Positions 19,597 through 29,700 of a stretch of DNA of 64,000 nucleotides are shown here, in pieces. A program made the position numbers and the translations under genes. Below the pieces are notes generated by a model. That model saw only the letters and a program-made list of their open reading frames with translations, was not told where the DNA came from and made no database searches. The stretch comes from an uncultured virus (IMG/VR IMGVR_UViG_2839031043_000001) (Duplodnaviria; Heunggongvirae; Uroviricota; Caudoviricetes): IMG/VR virus record IMGVR_UViG_2839031043_000001, one strand, 5' to 3'. Each line of letters opens with the position of its first letter. Within the stretch, counting starts at the first letter, position 1.

Positions 19597-19870
19597 CTCA
19601 ATATACATTTGTCGTTACGATTTCACTAAAGAAGAGTGCCAGTGGCTATTAACAGATGACATGACTTATGCAAAATCATTTAATTCCGAAATCCAATTGG
19701 CAAGTATTGCGGACTTGCATGATTGGGTAGCAGCCACTGGCGAAACATTCAATGGTATTTTATCAGTTAAAGAAGGGGAGTGTAAATGGTTTTCAAAAAT
19801 AGTTGCTAATGAATATGGTGACCAAGATATTATTGCAGTGTATCAACTATTGGAGCCTTCACATATGTGA
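19580..19870 (+). CDS. Hypothetical protein
   Basis: Overlaps the antirepressor 3' end; AGGTG upstream of the MNTTY start. Confidence 0.55.
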   Translation: MNTTYNSIYICRYDFTKEECQWLLTDDMTYAKSFNSEIQLASIADLHDWVAATGETFNGILSVKEGECKWFSKIVANEYGDQDIIAVYQLLEPSHM

Positions 19871-19990
19871 GGGCTTTGTTTGTTATTAATAGAATATCAA
19901 AAAAAATGATAATGGTCAATTGATTATTACGTATTTTTGGTTATTAATTAACGAGAAGAGCGCTCCATTACTGGAACGCCAACTGTTGAA

Positions 19991-20767
19991 CTATTGGACA
20001 ACAACATTTAGAACAACCTTCGTATTATTAAGTAAATTCTTGACGGCTACCTGAGTAGTTCCAGCATTCAAACCTTTGATAACGAGGGTGTCACCTTGTA
20101 CTTGCAAGGAAACAAGTTGAGGGTTAGCAGTCCAAAGTTTGTAATTGCCATTAGTGGCATTTATCTTGTAAGTAACAGGTGTTTCTTTCTTTATTGTGTA
20201 TGCTTGTGCTGGCTGCAATGCGGTTTCTGGTGCAAGTTGTAGTGTGACTGGTTGTTTAGCTTGTTGAGTCTGATTCGCTGTTTGGGCTGCAAGCAATTTC
20301 GCTAATTCAGCATCATTTGGATATGGTGTAGTAAATGAATAAACAACTTTATTTAACAATTCTAAATTTGAATCATTCTCAGCATTTAATACTGAATTTC
20401 TGTCCAAAGAAACAGAATAGGTTGTGCGATAACTCAATTGTTGTGTAGGAATAATCTTTAATACATTCTCTGAAATTTCGACTGTATGGGGAACAGTTTT
20501 GCCAAATCCATCTACAAAACTAATTTCTCCTTCTCCTCTATCAATTAGTCTTGAGAAAGATATCTCAACAGTTGTATCAAGAGGCACATCTCTGGCACTC
20601 AGTTCTGGGCTTCTTTTTTCTATTCCAAATGTTGCTGGTCTTAATTGTTGTGCTTTTAACTGTTCAGGCGCATTAATAGAAATAAGTAACATCATAATCA
20701 AAGTTAAAAATAGCTTCCTCATATCTACACCAACCTTTTTAAAGTATATAGGTAATATATACCACAA
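19991..20767 (-). CDS. Secreted protein with an SbsA/Big_5 Ig-like domain and a C-terminal Ig-like domain
   Basis: Signal peptide MRKLFLTL.. (probable start at the second Met); 'SPE..ARDVPLDTTVEISFS...L.I.P...L...TTYSV...FTT'. Confidence 0.7.
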   Translation of the reverse strand: MWYILPIYFKKVGVDMRKLFLTLIMMLLISINAPEQLKAQQLRPATFGIEKRSPELSARDVPLDTTVEISFSRLIDRGEGEISFVDGFGKTVPHTVEISENVLKIIPTQQLSYRTTYSVSLDRNSVLNAENDSNLELLNKVVYSFTTPYPNDAELAKLLAAQTANQTQQAKQPVTLQLAPETALQPAQAYTIKKETPVTYKINATNGNYKLWTANPQLVSLQVQGDTLVIKGLNAGTTQVAVKNLLNNTKVVLNVVVQ

Positions 20768-20786
20768 ACTTGGTGTATTGAAACCC

Positions 20787-23700
20787 CTAGTTAATGTCTA
20801 ACCTGCCTCCACAATGAATCTTCATATTGGTAGGTGCCCACAGCTCCATACTACCGCCTGTAGTATTATAAAATGCCCCATACGAATCTTGGATCTTTAT
20901 GCTCCCATCATTTTTCATATCAAAAGCACTCAAGCCGTTAGCTGTTTCAACAGTAACACTTGCCCCTTGATCGTTCAGGACAAATATACGTTTTTTAATT
21001 CCTGTACTTGCAGAAGAAGTGTATTCAATGAAAAATTGTTGACCTTGTTTGAACATCTTAACCTTTTCCGCATCTCCTACACCACTACCAGCGCCCCAAA
21101 TCATCATTGGATATGAATCGTACCCTGTTCCCTCAAAGTACATTGAGAGCTTATCATATCGTTCTGTATTGTAATCGACCAGATGAACAGGAATACCAGT
21201 ATCCTCAGTTGTTACTCGATTCTTTTTGGAGTCAAGCCAGAATAAAGGTCTTCCCTTTGAGTCTTGGGCTTGAGTTCCTGACTCGGTTGCAACTGCTGTG
21301 ACCCATCTCATGTAATTATCTTGAATATCAATAAAATCAACAAGACCAAGCTGATCACGCTTAACAGTTCGTAATCGATTTACAGTCAAATCGTTAATTG
21401 CTCCAAATTCAGTATCAAAGAATGTAGAGATAACATTTTGGGCTTCAAGAGAACCAATGATCATGTCAAAGTTCTCAAGGTTAAGAACACGTTGATTAGC
21501 ATCCAACAATATCTTACCGTTTGAGCCTACTAATAGGAGACTTTCTGCAATCAAGTCTTTAGCGTGTAAAATACCGTCAGGATCTACCCAAAATTTACGG
21601 TCTCCATCGTTATCTATAAAAATACCATCATCAGCGTTTAACCCAATGACCACTTGCTTGTCTTTTCTGGTGATTTTGATACCTTCATCTGGTTTAAGAG
21701 TGATTAGTCCGTTGTCATTTTCAATGGTCAAGTTCTTGGCAAACATGTTATTCGCCTTAATGTCGTTACAAACTACGTTGCCATCATTATCTACATAAAA
21801 GACATCTGTCCATATTCCACTATCATAACGACTAATTGAGATTCCTCTATCAGCATTCAGCCAAATCTTATTCTTATTAGGTCTCGTTACAGTAATTCCA
21901 TCATCTACACTCAGACGAATTTCTTGACCTAGATAGCCTTCTAGTGGACGAAGATCAATTAAGCCCTCTTCAGCATCAAGAATGATTTCACTCTTAGATC
22001 CGTGTAGTTTTAGTCCTTTGGCATGAATATATCCTTGCAAGTCCAACCAGATGATTTTATCCCATGAACCATTTTTCTTGCGAGTTATAACAAATCCTTC
22101 ATCTCGATCCATAATAACTTGGTTTGTGTCATTTTCAAGTTTGATACCAAACCGATCAGGATTAGAATCAAACAATCCCATCCACATTACTTCGCGTCCA
22201 TTACGATCAGTGATGACCATCTTGTTACCACGAATCTCTAGGATACCGTCAGGATCGCCAACAATAACACGTTCACCAGTTATTATTCTCCCGAACACTC
22301 TCTCGGCAATAAGCCCATCTGGGGTCAATGCTGTCTCATATCTGTTACCACCACTTTTAGTAAGCCCAATCGCTCCATGGGCAAGCCTCAAAAATCGAAG
22401 AGGGTCAGCCTCATCTTTAATTGTAATCCCAGTGCGATCAATAATTACGGTTTCATTTACAGCCATATCTATTTGCTGTTTGGCTTTATTCCAAAACTCT
22501 TCGAGGACTTTACTGATATCTCCTAAGTCATTTTCGTACTTGTCCCACTTAAACTTAGACATGTCAACCTTAGTAGAGGAGGAGTTTCGATACAACGACT
22601 TGATGAACTTCTCCTCATTGCTTTCAATGTCTGTAACATTTGCAATGGTCAATTGAATGCTGGAATCATTATAGTTATACTCAATTTCAATGATTTTGGC
22701 AGTGACATTGATTCCTAACTTGTCATAGGCAATTACAATGGTATCGCCTAAATTTAATTTATCCCAGTTGCGTTGCTCCTCAACAACTTCTAAGAAATTT
22801 ACTATATCCATTGAAATAACTGTTTTTGGCTTCGAAAATTCCTCGAACACCTTTAAACCAGCATCCAGTAAGTCTTTGTCACTAATAATTTGTTCATTTA
22901 CCCATTCTTTTTCAATGATAAATTGGTTTCTCTCTTTAATTAGCTCTGGCGAGAAATTGGCTTCCACAGAGAGTTTCACTTTTAGTTGGTTAATCTTAGC
23001 CAAAGCAAGATTAACTTGATCTTGTACATTTTTAATAACAATTTTCTGTGCAGCGATTTCCTGTTCCTTGGCTATTTTTTGTGACTCATATCTACCTGTA
23101 GGATAGGGGAGTGCCTTATCACTTACAAATATGTTATCTTCAATCTTTTGTAGTTCTGTTTGGAGAGTTACCAGCTTTTGTTGCTCTTTGGTTAATACCT
23201 TTTGGATGTCCTCAAGTTCTTTGAGATGGATAGTAAAAGTGCTCTTATGATCTTCGATCAATTTTGTGTAGTCAAGAATTGCATGGCACAGCTCATCGCT
23301 CATGTATTCACTATGTGATAGTACATTTTTCTGGCTGTCCCGCATGAAAGGATACATGAAATATCCAAAATTCTCGATGTAGTCAGTTCCAGTCGAATTT
23401 ACACGTTGAATAGAAAGGTTGTCTTTACCATAGACTTTCAACCTTGTAGTCATTTCGTCAGGTTGAATTTCTCGATTTAAGCTTTTAAGATACTTTCCAT
23501 AAGATAGTTTAAGCCCACGATTGATCCCATATAATTCGTGATTATAGAAGTGGATACGTCTGTTCTGAGTGTCCCAGAGAATTAAAGCGTTAAATGTTTC
23601 AGCAATCTCATATACAAAATCAAGAACTGTTTTTGAGCTGACATCAAAGGATCTGAATTTCACATCAAATTGGGCATCGATTGATCCGATATTCCAAAGA

Positions 23701-24125
23701 GTGTATTTCAATGCAGTCAGTAGAGCCTGAGAAGCATTTTTAGAGTCTTCTTTATAAGCCCGAACCATTTTATCTTTCAATTCAAAACCCAACGAGATTG
23801 CATTGATCTTTTTAACATCTCCGTCTTCGGTCATCGAATCTTCTGACGAATCAATAACAAACCATTCCTCATATTTACCGAGCACAAGCTTCAGCAAATA
23901 CCTGTGTCGAATTAAATCTACATGTGTATTTCGTATAAATTCATGGTTAATATCGATTTCATACGGAATTGAAAAACTCAGCTCATTTAATGAGCCGAGC
24001 CTTTTATCAAAGACAATATCATGTGCCTCTGTGAGTTTTGCAATTATTGTCCGAGTTCGGTCTGGTTTAGCAAGGAAAATCTGAGGCTTTACAGGTTTTT
24101 TCTTTCTATCAATATCACCAAGCAA
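20787..24125 (-). CDS. Tal / tail spike (YomG-like) with a gp5/VgrG-like beta-helical C-terminus
   Basis: Prophage-tail N-terminal hub domain (TRLKVYGKD, LNLGDTI..I.AKIIEIEY); repetitive beta-strand region ending 'MKIHCGGRLDIN'. Confidence 0.8.
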   Translation of the reverse strand: MLGDIDRKKKPVKPQIFLAKPDRTRTIIAKLTEAHDIVFDKRLGSLNELSFSIPYEIDINHEFIRNTHVDLIRHRYLLKLVLGKYEEWFVIDSSEDSMTEDGDVKKINAISLGFELKDKMVRAYKEDSKNASQALLTALKYTLWNIGSIDAQFDVKFRSFDVSSKTVLDFVYEIAETFNALILWDTQNRRIHFYNHELYGINRGLKLSYGKYLKSLNREIQPDEMTTRLKVYGKDNLSIQRVNSTGTDYIENFGYFMYPFMRDSQKNVLSHSEYMSDELCHAILDYTKLIEDHKSTFTIHLKELEDIQKVLTKEQQKLVTLQTELQKIEDNIFVSDKALPYPTGRYESQKIAKEQEIAAQKIVIKNVQDQVNLALAKINQLKVKLSVEANFSPELIKERNQFIIEKEWVNEQIISDKDLLDAGLKVFEEFSKPKTVISMDIVNFLEVVEEQRNWDKLNLGDTIVIAYDKLGINVTAKIIEIEYNYNDSSIQLTIANVTDIESNEEKFIKSLYRNSSSTKVDMSKFKWDKYENDLGDISKVLEEFWNKAKQQIDMAVNETVIIDRTGITIKDEADPLRFLRLAHGAIGLTKSGGNRYETALTPDGLIAERVFGRIITGERVIVGDPDGILEIRGNKMVITDRNGREVMWMGLFDSNPDRFGIKLENDTNQVIMDRDEGFVITRKKNGSWDKIIWLDLQGYIHAKGLKLHGSKSEIILDAEEGLIDLRPLEGYLGQEIRLSVDDGITVTRPNKNKIWLNADRGISISRYDSGIWTDVFYVDNDGNVVCNDIKANNMFAKNLTIENDNGLITLKPDEGIKITRKDKQVVIGLNADDGIFIDNDGDRKFWVDPDGILHAKDLIAESLLLVGSNGKILLDANQRVLNLENFDMIIGSLEAQNVISTFFDTEFGAINDLTVNRLRTVKRDQLGLVDFIDIQDNYMRWVTAVATESGTQAQDSKGRPLFWLDSKKNRVTTEDTGIPVHLVDYNTERYDKLSMYFEGTGYDSYPMMIWGAGSGVGDAEKVKMFKQGQQFFIEYTSSASTGIKKRIFVLNDQGASVTVETANGLSAFDMKNDGSIKIQDSYGAFYNTTGGSMELWAPTNMKIHCGGRLDIN

Positions 24126-24137
24126 AAAATCACATCC

Positions 24138-24782
24138 TTATCCTTGCAAAGTCTTGAATTGATATCGAAACATGACTTTGAATTTCCCTTTAAATTCTAA
24201 AACATTGTTGCCAGTTACCAATTCAAGATACTGATTATTAAAGTTATCATAACGATATTTCATGTTGATATCTGTCTCAATATGTTCGCGTTCACAATCT
24301 ATGTATAAAAGTTCTTTGTCCAAGATGTTTACAAACTTAAACTCCTGATTATTGTTCGTCCGATTGATGATGGAGAAGTCACCGTTTCCAATCTTCTCAA
24401 TCCAAATTTCTGGTCTACAAGACATATCCCCGTTGTTAACGAATAGATAGGTGGGTGTAACAGTTAACGAAAGATCGTGTAGAAGTGGAAGAGAGGTGAC
24501 AGTAGTGGAGTCCCCAATAAAACGATATTGGAACACTGTTGCTTTGGATTTGGTTAAAGGTGAGAAATCTGGTAATCCAAAGTCTTTCGTTGCAGCTTTC
24601 CAGCCTTCCCAATTATAACCACCGTCATATGACACGTTCGTTTCGAGTTTATAGGCACTGCCTTGCGGAATTGTTTCGTTCCAAGTAAGAACAGAGTAAC
24701 CACTACCAGTGTCTGTAGCTATATAATAAAAGGGAGAGGTTCTAACTCCTCGTATCTTGCGTAAATCATCCCATTTAGCCAT
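24138..24782 (-). CDS. Distal tail protein, C-terminal half (Dit-C)
   Basis: 'NNGD...PEIWI...IIN.TN...LYID.E...LEL..G.N.L' Dit C-domain pattern. Confidence 0.7.
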   Translation of the reverse strand: MAKWDDLRKIRGVRTSPFYYIATDTGSGYSVLTWNETIPQGSAYKLETNVSYDGGYNWEGWKAATKDFGLPDFSPLTKSKATVFQYRFIGDSTTVTSLPLLHDLSLTVTPTYLFVNNGDMSCRPEIWIEKIGNGDFSIINRTNNNQEFKFVNILDKELLYIDCEREHIETDINMKYRYDNFNNQYLELVTGNNVLEFKGKFKVMFRYQFKTLQG

Positions 24783-24791
24783 AATTACCTC

Positions 24792-26114
24792 CTAAAAAAT
24801 CATGATTGTAACTTTGGCATTTGGGGTAGTTCCTTTAAGGTACATGTGAGTATTAGTCCAGAGTGAATTTCCAGTGTAGAGTTGTACTGGCTTATCAGTA
24901 TTGACTAAGAGAAATCCCTTTGGAATACGGTTAAGACCGTGAGCAATTATGTCTTCTGGATTGTAGGAGTCATAACTACCTCTCACTGTGAAAGTCCGAT
25001 ACTCTGCATCTAACTTACCTGCTTTTGTAGCATTTGCAACATTACCAAGTCCAATATCTGCATTTTTGATTTTTTCATTGGTGACTTGCTGCTCTTTGAT
25101 GTGATGCTCAAGAATAGCATCGGTTGCGATTTTAACACTTGTCACAGAACTATTTTTTAGCTTCTTTGTTGATACTGCATCAGTCGCTAATTTTGATTCA
25201 GTAACTTGTTCATCTGAAAGTGTTGGACTAACAACAAGTGGACTCATATTTCTTGTATCAATAACTTCTGTGACGTTATATGAACTTGTAATCACCCTTG
25301 CCAATTTAATTGCATTAATAGGTGCAGCAGGTTCAGAGCCACCAATAGCAATTGCTTTAAAAATGTAAGTTCCGTCCTTATCCAAGTAAACAAAAGTCTC
25401 TTGATTGTCTCCAAATGTATGAGTAGACTCATTTTTTACAATGCGATAACCACCAATATACCCAATGCCAGAAGAAATAGTGGTATCCAAATCTACGCCA
25501 TTGATATGGTCAACCCACAAAGAGCAAATACCCTTATCTACATTCATTTTAATACCTACGGATATGATACCTTGTAACAAAGATACATCATTTAAAGGTA
25601 GAGTAATCAACGTCCACGTATTTGCAACAAGCGCAGGAAAAGGAAGGTCTTTAATTGGTGTCTGAGACATGGCATTCTTACTTAACAGTAGAGAGTAATC
25701 ACCAGCGTTTGTATTTATATTCGATTTCACCCACAAGCGAACAGAAGAGCAAGTACGAACATCAAGAGAGGAGACTGCTTTAGAAGCCAAGATCCCCACA
25801 CCAGCAGATGAGTCCATGTTGATCTTAAGGCATCCAATTCCCATTTTATAATCAAAGGTATCTAAAACAATTGATACTCCTGCTGATGGGTTAATTTCGT
25901 CCCACAGTGTATCACAATCATGAATAATAGTTCCAGTTGTTGTAGCTGGTTGTAATCCGTTAAGCACAAAGTCATTGAACATATCATCATGGCGCTGAAT
26001 TACGTTGAATCGAAGCCATTCATCCAACATTTGAAAATTGCTATTTAAAACAGAAATGTCGGCATCATCGTCATATGAAGGTTGTGCGAGTTTAATCAGC
26101 GATGTAGTCTGCAT
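24792..26114 (-). CDS. Tail fibre-like protein with a CBM-like insert and 'VT..KLA..AV' repeats
   Basis: L.QP..DD..D...LN.NF..LD fibre N-terminus; VTESKLATDAVSTKKL repeats; HGLNRIP C-terminus. Confidence 0.65.
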   Translation of the reverse strand: MQTTSLIKLAQPSYDDDADISVLNSNFQMLDEWLRFNVIQRHDDMFNDFVLNGLQPATTTGTIIHDCDTLWDEINPSAGVSIVLDTFDYKMGIGCLKINMDSSAGVGILASKAVSSLDVRTCSSVRLWVKSNINTNAGDYSLLLSKNAMSQTPIKDLPFPALVANTWTLITLPLNDVSLLQGIISVGIKMNVDKGICSLWVDHINGVDLDTTISSGIGYIGGYRIVKNESTHTFGDNQETFVYLDKDGTYIFKAIAIGGSEPAAPINAIKLARVITSSYNVTEVIDTRNMSPLVVSPTLSDEQVTESKLATDAVSTKKLKNSSVTSVKIATDAILEHHIKEQQVTNEKIKNADIGLGNVANATKAGKLDAEYRTFTVRGSYDSYNPEDIIAHGLNRIPKGFLLVNTDKPVQLYTGNSLWTNTHMYLKGTTPNAKVTIMIF

Positions 26115-26706
26115 TTTTTAAATCACCCCATTTTTTTCTTTTGATGTCACCCCATTTAGGTTTTTTAGTACCTAATTGCAAATCTCCACTTGGAAGAGCG
26201 ACCATATTATAAAGAACTCCTTTTTGAAAATCTGCTTGAGATGTTTCAGTTAAGACTAAAGGAGTGTTACGAATCTCAAACCATTCAGATAAATATTGTG
26301 GAGAATAGGAATAGGGTGAATCACAGCGCATTTCAATTTCTACATAACCTTCTTTTGCTCCATTGTGAATAAGAGAAGAGGAGGAGTGTAGAATGCAATA
26401 GAAAATCCTATCTGGGTTGTCTGTAGTAAAGAATGGCTTATAGTAATCTTGATCTAGCCATCTTGCAACCTGCCTTATTTTCTCGTGATCATATTTATCT
26501 TCAAATGCAAATTGTAGTGAAAAAACAAGAGGGGAACGTTCCACACCTTGAAAGTATGGCTTGTCGTTCCCTCTAACTTTGATCTCGTGAATTTCTTTAT
26601 CTGCTACGAATGGCTCCTCAAATAAACCTCCACTAAATTGAACATTGAGTAAGCCCATGTCGGAAGATTTGATGCCATCATAGCTAAATTCCAAGCCTTC
26701 TTTCAT
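26092..26706 (-). CDS. Distal tail protein, N-terminal half (Dit-N)
   Basis: FSYDGIKSSDMGL..VARWL....YKP......P.RIFY..GYVEIEMRCDSPYSYS. Confidence 0.8.
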   Translation of the reverse strand: MKEGLEFSYDGIKSSDMGLLNVQFSGGLFEEPFVADKEIHEIKVRGNDKPYFQGVERSPLVFSLQFAFEDKYDHEKIRQVARWLDQDYYKPFFTTDNPDRIFYCILHSSSSLIHNGAKEGYVEIEMRCDSPYSYSPQYLSEWFEIRNTPLVLTETSQADFQKGVLYNMVALPSGDLQLGTKKPKWGDIKRKKWGDLKNADYIAD

Positions 26707-26710
26707 AGGC

Positions 26711-29700
26711 TTACCGTCCTTTCTTTTTATTTGCTTGTACTACAGAGTTCATGACAAAGTTTTTTAACTTATTAAAGTCTGTTTCCGTACCCATGAATCG
26801 CTCAATATGAATACTGATTGGGATGTCACCCGATCCACCTGTGGCTGTACTTAAATTGACCACCGGAGTAATACTTGACATCAAGTTTTTAAGGTTGGGA
26901 ACAAAATTTTGAGCAATATTCTTAGGCGTTGTCCACATTTCACCTTGTAGAACTTTGGCAATACCTTCATCTGGTTTCAGGTTAAACATCTTATTTACGA
27001 TTTCTGTTAAGCGATCACTTTTCCCATCCACAATACCGCCAACATGAAAGTTGCCCTTATACCAGCTAAAAGCCTTCTTGTAGTCCATTCCTCGCAATAG
27101 GGATTCTAAATCAGAAGGTAGTTGAGAGTAGTATTTTTCGGCTTTTCGAGAAGCTTCATCCATTGCTTTTTGATCATTTTTCTTCTGTGCTTCTGTATAT
27201 AAGCCTTTGTTGTAGACTATTTCATTAACCTGTGATTTATATTTCTTCCATTCAGAATTGACGCCATTACCTTTTCCACCACCAGAACTACCACCGCTAC
27301 CTCCTGAAGAACCTGATCCACCACCACCAACACCAATTTTAATGTTATTAAGAGATTCAAGAGCCTTCTTAGACTCTTCAATTTTTGCTAATAAGTTTTG
27401 AGCAATACTGTTGCCAATTGCACTCATATTGTCTTTTACAAACTGCTCAAACTTTGCCAGATCACCCTGCATTGCAGAAAGATTACCCGCCAAGATAGCC
27501 TTTCTCATATCTGCATAGCGTTTTTCATCAGCAATAAGCTCATTGAAGTGACGCTCAGTTTCTTCTTTTTCTTTTTGAAGTTTGGCTAGTATGTTATCGT
27601 GTTTCTCATTTTCCTTCTGGATCAACTTATCATAGTAATCTTTGTAATAGGTGAGTTGCTGATCAAGTTTTCTTTTTTCAAGCTCAAGCTTTTTAACAGC
27701 TTCATCATACTTAGCCTGTTCAGCCTTTTTCTTCGCATCGATGTCTTTTTCATAAGCATCACGTTGATCTTCTAAGTTATCCTTGCGAAGTTCTGTGCTG
27801 CGCTTATAGTTTAAGTCTTCGATTTCTTTGTCTTTTGTTGCAAGTTGTTCAGCTAATTCACTAAGACGAAGCTTTGCTTCATAACTATCATCAAGAGAGA
27901 GGGTGTTGATTTGCTCTTGAAGCTTCTGACGCTCGGATTGAAGTTTTTCTAGTTCATTGTCATATTCACGTTCACTAGACTGTCTATCAATTAACTGGAG
28001 ACGCTTATCAATGGCTTCATTGAACTTATCCATTTCTTCGTCTAAGGCATCCATGGCTGCTTTATGACGCTCATCTTCAGCTTTTCTAGCATCATCAATA
28101 GCTTCGATCTCTTTTTGAATAGCTTTTTCTTTTTTCTTTCTTTCGTCTTCGATGCGCTCTAGCTTCTTTTTGTGTCGCTCATTTTCTTTTTTCTCTTCAT
28201 TCTCAAGGGCTTTGAGTGCAGCGTTTTTCTGCTCTTCATATACTCGTTTGTATGTATCGATGATCTTATCAGCAGTAGCTTGGTTGACTGCTTCTTGTAA
28301 TCTGATTTGTTCAATTTGAAGATCGACAATCTCATTTTTGTACTGTCTAACAAGATCTATATTATGAAGATTTTGCTGGATGAGCTTTTCCCTTAGAGAT
28401 ATTTCTTCTTGGAGGCTCTGCTTTTTGAGGCTCATCAGTTGGAGATAGTTGACATACTCAGTAAGGTATTGCTCTGAACTGGTATCTCCTACTGCATCCA
28501 TTTTTGCTTTAGATAGTTCAAGTGACTTGGAAAGGTCGTCTGTTTTATTCTTTTGCTGCCCAAGTAAACTGTTTATTTGCTCAAGTTTCTTAGTGTCAAT
28601 GGTGTTCTGTAGGTTTAGCCAATTTGATTGTAGCTCAAGAAGTTTGTCGTTAAGTTCATCCCTTTGAGCAATAGATAGTTTTCCATAAGCCAATTGGCTG
28701 CGAATTAGCTCTGCCTCTTCATGAAGATTGTCTTGTTTCAACCCTAGATGATTAGTTTCTTCCTCAATTGCATCTCGATACTCTTGAGAGGTCTTAGAGT
28801 AAGCGCTCATGCGCTCTTGTATAATCTTAATCCTTGACTCTAAGTATTCGTTCTTGTCAGCAAACTCTTTCAAAGATGAATTGATCTCATCAAAAGATAG
28901 GGTGTTTATCTGATTTTGTAATTGATCAATCTCACGTTGTAAGTCATAAGCCCGTTTGAGGGCATCATCTGATAATTTCGCAGGAAACTTGTTACTCTGA
29001 ACCTTCCCATTAAGTGCTTTAGTTTTTGTAACTTGTTCATATTCTTTAATTAACAGTTTTAACTTTTGTTCTTGCAAATCTCTTTCTTGTTTTAAACTAT
29101 TGCGGTATTCAGAAGAAGAATTTGATAGAAGCTGCCGTTGATTTTGAACTTTTGAGAGTTCCGTTTCGATTTTCAGTAATTCTTTTGCATCATTTGAGAG
29201 GGGAGTGTATGTAGAAGATGAGCCAGAGCTTGAAGAATTTTTTGTCTTGGTTTTTACTTCGGGTAAACTTACCTTTCCAAGACCATTGAATAGTTTGTCA
29301 TATTTCTCTAGTTCTTCGTTACTTTTTTTTATGTCCTCAAGTTGTTTATCAATTTTATGCTGCTCACCTAACGCCATGTATCTTGCTTCAGATGCATCTA
29401 ACTTTCTTTGACTGCCATCTACACCAGTAATTACTGTCTGCTTAACTTTACTTTCAATGGTATTGTTGAGTTGATCGCGTTTAATAATTAACTCATCAAT
29501 TTTATTTATCTCTTTATCATATATATTTACAAGATTAAGTAGAGCATTTTCGCGTTCTTTAACTTCACTCTTGGCATTATCATAAGATTGCTTGATGAGT
29601 TCTTTATACTTATTAATTAACTCTTGGACTTTTTCACTTGTAAAGTAGTACTTGTCTCCAACATTTTGAAGTGAGGGAGATAACTCTTTATATTTATCAG

